Below, piece by piece: positions 61,420-64,000 of a stretch of 64,000 nt of DNA (the stretch's first letter is position 1; each line of letters starts with the position of its first letter). The DNA comes from Candidatus Fervidifonticultor secundus (GTDB taxonomy: Bacteria; Sysuimicrobiota; Sysuimicrobiia; Sysuimicrobiales; Humicultoraceae). Below the pieces are notes generated by a model. The model did not search any database, was not told the DNA's origin, and saw nothing but the letters and a program-made list of their open reading frames with translations. The stretch spans positions 32,001-96,000 of the forward strand of contig JAVKIP010000003.1 of assembly GCA_031459385.1 (NCBI GenBank), read 5' to 3'. Position numbers and translations under genes: made by a program.

Positions 61420-62586
61420 CTACCGGCCCAGCGCCCGCGCCATCCGCTCCAGGATCTCGTCCAGCAGCGCCGGCGTCGTGGCGAAGTTGAGCCGCACGCA
61501 CGACGGGGGCCCGTTGAACTCGGCGCCGTCGCTGAGCGCGACGCGCCCCTGCGCCAGGAAGAACGCCGCCGCAGGCTGCGGCAGGCCCAGCGCGCGGCAG
61601 TCGAGCCACGACATGTAGGTCCCCTCGGGCGGGCGGTGGCGGACCTCCGGGAGCCGCCCCCGCACGAACTGCGCCACGGTCCTGCGGTTCGCGTCGAGCT
61701 GGCGGAGGACGGCCTCCAGCCACGGCCCGCCCTCCCGCCACGCCGCGGCGGTGGCCCGCAGCCCGAGCACGCTGGGCGTCCCGCGCATGCGCGGGGGCAG
61801 GGCCTCGAAGCGCGCCCGCAGCGCCGGGGTGCCGAAGACCGCCACCGCGCAGCGCACGCCGGCGATGTTGAACGCCTTGGTTGCCGAGAGGAGGGTGATC
61901 GTCCGGGCGGCGACATCCCCGCCCAGCGAGGCAAACGGGATGTGGCGCACCCCCGGGTAGACGACGTCCATCCAGATCTCGTCGGCGACGACCACCAGGT
62001 CGTGCGCCAGGACCACCGCAGCGATGGCCTCGAGCTCGTCGCGGTGGAAGACGCGACCCGAGGGGTTGTGCGGGTTGCAAAGCAGCAGGAGCCTGACGCG
62101 CGGGTCTGCGGCCAGCCGGCGCAGGCCGTCCGGGTCCACGGCAGCCTCGCCGCAGGGGTCGCGCAGCGGGTTGTCCACGAGCCGCCGCCCCAGCGCCGCC
62201 ACGCTCGAGAGGAACGGCGGGTAGATGGGGCTCTGGACGATGACACCGTCGCCCGGCTCGGTGAAGGCGTAGATGGCCAGGTAGAGGCCCTGGATCACGT
62301 CGGTCAGGACCGCCATGCTGTCGGCGGCCGGGGTCCAGCCGTGGCGGGCCGCCAGCCAGGCGGCCGCCGCACAGAACACGTCGTGCGCGTCCTCGGGCCG
62401 CTCGTAGCCCAGCGCCGAGCGCTCGGCGCTCCACCGCAACACGTCGCGCACCGGCTCGGGCGCGGGGAAGTCCATGTCCGCCACCCAGGCCGGCAGCACG
62501 TCGTCGCCGTACCTGGTCCATTTGTGGCCGCGCCGCTCCCGGCAGTCAGCCTCGGTTGCCCCTACGCAGGGATCGATCCCCAGCAT
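61420..62586 (-). CDS. PatB/MalY-family PLP C-S lyase (cystathionine beta-lyase-like)
   Basis: KW..Y..DVLPAWVADMDF, LCNPHNPSG, ADEIW, SATKAFNIAG, GTYMSWLD, VRLNFAT. Confidence 0.9.
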   Translation of the reverse strand: MLGIDPCVGATEADCRERRGHKWTRYGDDVLPAWVADMDFPAPEPVRDVLRWSAERSALGYERPEDAHDVFCAAAAWLAARHGWTPAADSMAVLTDVIQGLYLAIYAFTEPGDGVIVQSPIYPPFLSSVAALGRRLVDNPLRDPCGEAAVDPDGLRRLAADPRVRLLLLCNPHNPSGRVFHRDELEAIAAVVLAHDLVVVADEIWMDVVYPGVRHIPFASLGGDVAARTITLLSATKAFNIAGVRCAVAVFGTPALRARFEALPPRMRGTPSVLGLRATAAAWREGGPWLEAVLRQLDANRRTVAQFVRGRLPEVRHRPPEGTYMSWLDCRALGLPQPAAAFFLAQGRVALSDGAEFNGPPSCVRLNFATTPALLDEILERMARALGR

Positions 62587-62739
62587 CTCGCCTCCTCGTG
62601 GCTGGTTCCCTGTCACCTTCGACGCGTCCCGGCGGTGCTTCCTCGTGCGGCGCGGGCAGCTGGAGGGACGGGCTGTGCACCCCCGGCCCTGCTGTGGTGA
62701 AATGAGAGGGCACGACAGCTGCCGGAGGAGCACGTGCTC

Positions 62740-64000
62740 ATGGACACCGAACGCCTGGCGTGGACCGTTCCCGTGATCGCCGCCCCCGACGTGCTGGTCG
62801 TGGGCGGCGGGTCAGCCGGGATCGCCGCGGCGGCCGCGGCGGCCCGCACCGGCGCCCGCACGCTGCTGGTGGAGCGCTACGGCTTTCTCGGGGGTACCTC
62901 CACCGCAGCGCTGGTGGGCCCGTTCATGACCTCGTACACCACCGAGGGCCACCAGCCCGTGGTGGGCGGCATCTTCCGCGAGGTCGTCGACCGCATGATC
63001 GCCCTCGGGGGCGCCGTGGATCCGGGCGAGGTGCGCGAGGCCGGCTGGTGGGGCGCCTACATCACGATGGGCCACGCCCACGTCACGCCGTTCCACCCCG
63101 AGGCCCTGAAGCTGGCGGCCCAGGAACTGCTGGTGGAGGTCGGCGTCGACCTTCTCTTCCACACCACGTTCGTGGACACGCTGCGCGACGACCGCCGCGT
63201 GCGCGGCGTGGTGGTGGTGACCAAGGCGGGCCTCGGGGTCATCCGCGCGCAGGTTGTCATCGACTGCTCGGCCGACGGCGACGTCGCCGCGGCGGCCGGT
63301 GCCGAGTACATGAAGGGCCGCCCTGAGGACGGACGCATGCAGCCGGCCACGATGTTCTTCCGGCTGGGCGGGGTCGACGACGCGGCGGTGGCGGCGTGGA
63401 TCGAGGAGCATGAACGCCTGCACCCCGGCGAGCGCATGTACGAGTGCGTCGTCCAGGCGGCCAAGGCCCGGGGCGAGTGGACCCTGCCCCGCGAGTACCT
63501 GAACTTCTACCGCGAGCCCGAACCCGGCGTCTGGCGGGTGAACGTGACCCGCGTGCTCGGCGTCGACGGCACCGATCCCCGCAGCCTGACCCAGGGAGAG
63601 CTCGAGGGGCGCCGGCAGGCCTGGTGGCTGGTGCAGTTCATCCGGCGGTCGTGCCGGGGCTTCGAGGACGCGCGCCTGCTTGAGATGGGCACGCAGCTCG
63701 GCGTGCGCGAGACGCGCCGGATCGTGGGCGAGTATGTGCTCACCGGCGAAGACGTGCGTGAGGGCCGCCGCTTCCCCGACGCCATCGCCCGCGGCTCCTA
63801 CCTGATCGACATCCACGACCCCACAGGCACCCGCACGCGGCTCGAGCAGGTGCAGGCGCCGTTCTACGACATCCCCTACCGCGCGCTGGTGCCGAAGGCC
63901 ACAGAGCAGCTCCTGGTGGCGGGGCGCTGCATCTCGGTGGACCACATCGCCTTCGGGTCCACGCGTGTCATCCCCACCTGCTACGCCACCGGGCAGGCGG
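62740..64000 (+). CDS. FAD-dependent oxidoreductase (3' end outside the window)
   Basis: DVLVVGGGSAGIAAAAAAARTGARTLLVER, IDCSADGD, GVRETRRIVG, IPYRALVP, AGRCIS. Missing from the ORF track because it has no stop in the window. Confidence 0.9.
   Translation, partial: MDTERLAWTVPVIAAPDVLVVGGGSAGIAAAAAAARTGARTLLVERYGFLGGTSTAALVGPFMTSYTTEGHQPVVGGIFREVVDRMIALGGAVDPGEVREAGWWGAYITMGHAHVTPFHPEALKLAAQELLVEVGVDLLFHTTFVDTLRDDRRVRGVVVVTKAGLGVIRAQVVIDCSADGDVAAAAGAEYMKGRPEDGRMQPATMFFRLGGVDDAAVAAWIEEHERLHPGERMYECVVQAAKARGEWTLPREYLNFYREPEPGVWRVNVTRVLGVDGTDPRSLTQGELEGRRQAWWLVQFIRRSCRGFEDARLLEMGTQLGVRETRRIVGEYVLTGEDVREGRRFPDAIARGSYLIDIHDPTGTRTRLEQVQAPFYDIPYRALVPKATEQLLVAGRCISVDHIAFGSTRVIPTCYATGQA

Overview
This is a very GC-rich, gene-dense bacterial chromosome segment made mostly of housekeeping genes. 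I found no rRNA, tRNA, CRISPR array, prophage or IS element. From left to right it holds: a TetR-controlled TolC/HlyD/ABC efflux operon; a Firmicutes-like block (G5/3D protein, rsmA, aminotransferase, LCP, ispE, NTP-transferase, purR, SMI1/KNR4); a propionyl-CoA to succinyl-CoA cluster (carboxyltransferase, GNAT, biotin carboxylase, BCCP, mutase substrate-binding subunit, meaB, mce); ligA and a GerMN protein; a SAM-I riboswitch operon (thrB, ThrC-like enzyme, sulfur carrier); an FAD oxidase, lgt and an IolE-like gene; a complete nuoA-N operon; a cysteine desulfurase, MDP-1 and a Nudix hydrolase; a tandem-domain thyX with two NrdR boxes; two cupredoxins; two peptide ABC systems without ATPase genes; ExoD, a DRG-like GTPase, SIMPL, PatB/MalY and a partial FAD oxidoreductase. 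TolC together with Bacillus-type PurR synteny suggests a diderm Terrabacteria lineage such as Armatimonadota or CSP1-3 (inference only). Three candidates stand out: (1) a ~410-aa protein with a C-terminal Hfq/Sm domain fused to uncharacterised domains, just upstream of the propionate cluster; (2) an unannotated ~85-nt structured RNA with its own sigma70 promoter; (3) a SAM-regulated route to homocysteine via O-phosphohomoserine and a protein sulfur carrier whose Gly-Gly end is capped. All calls come from reading motifs by eye; no database searches were run, and start codons are my best estimates.
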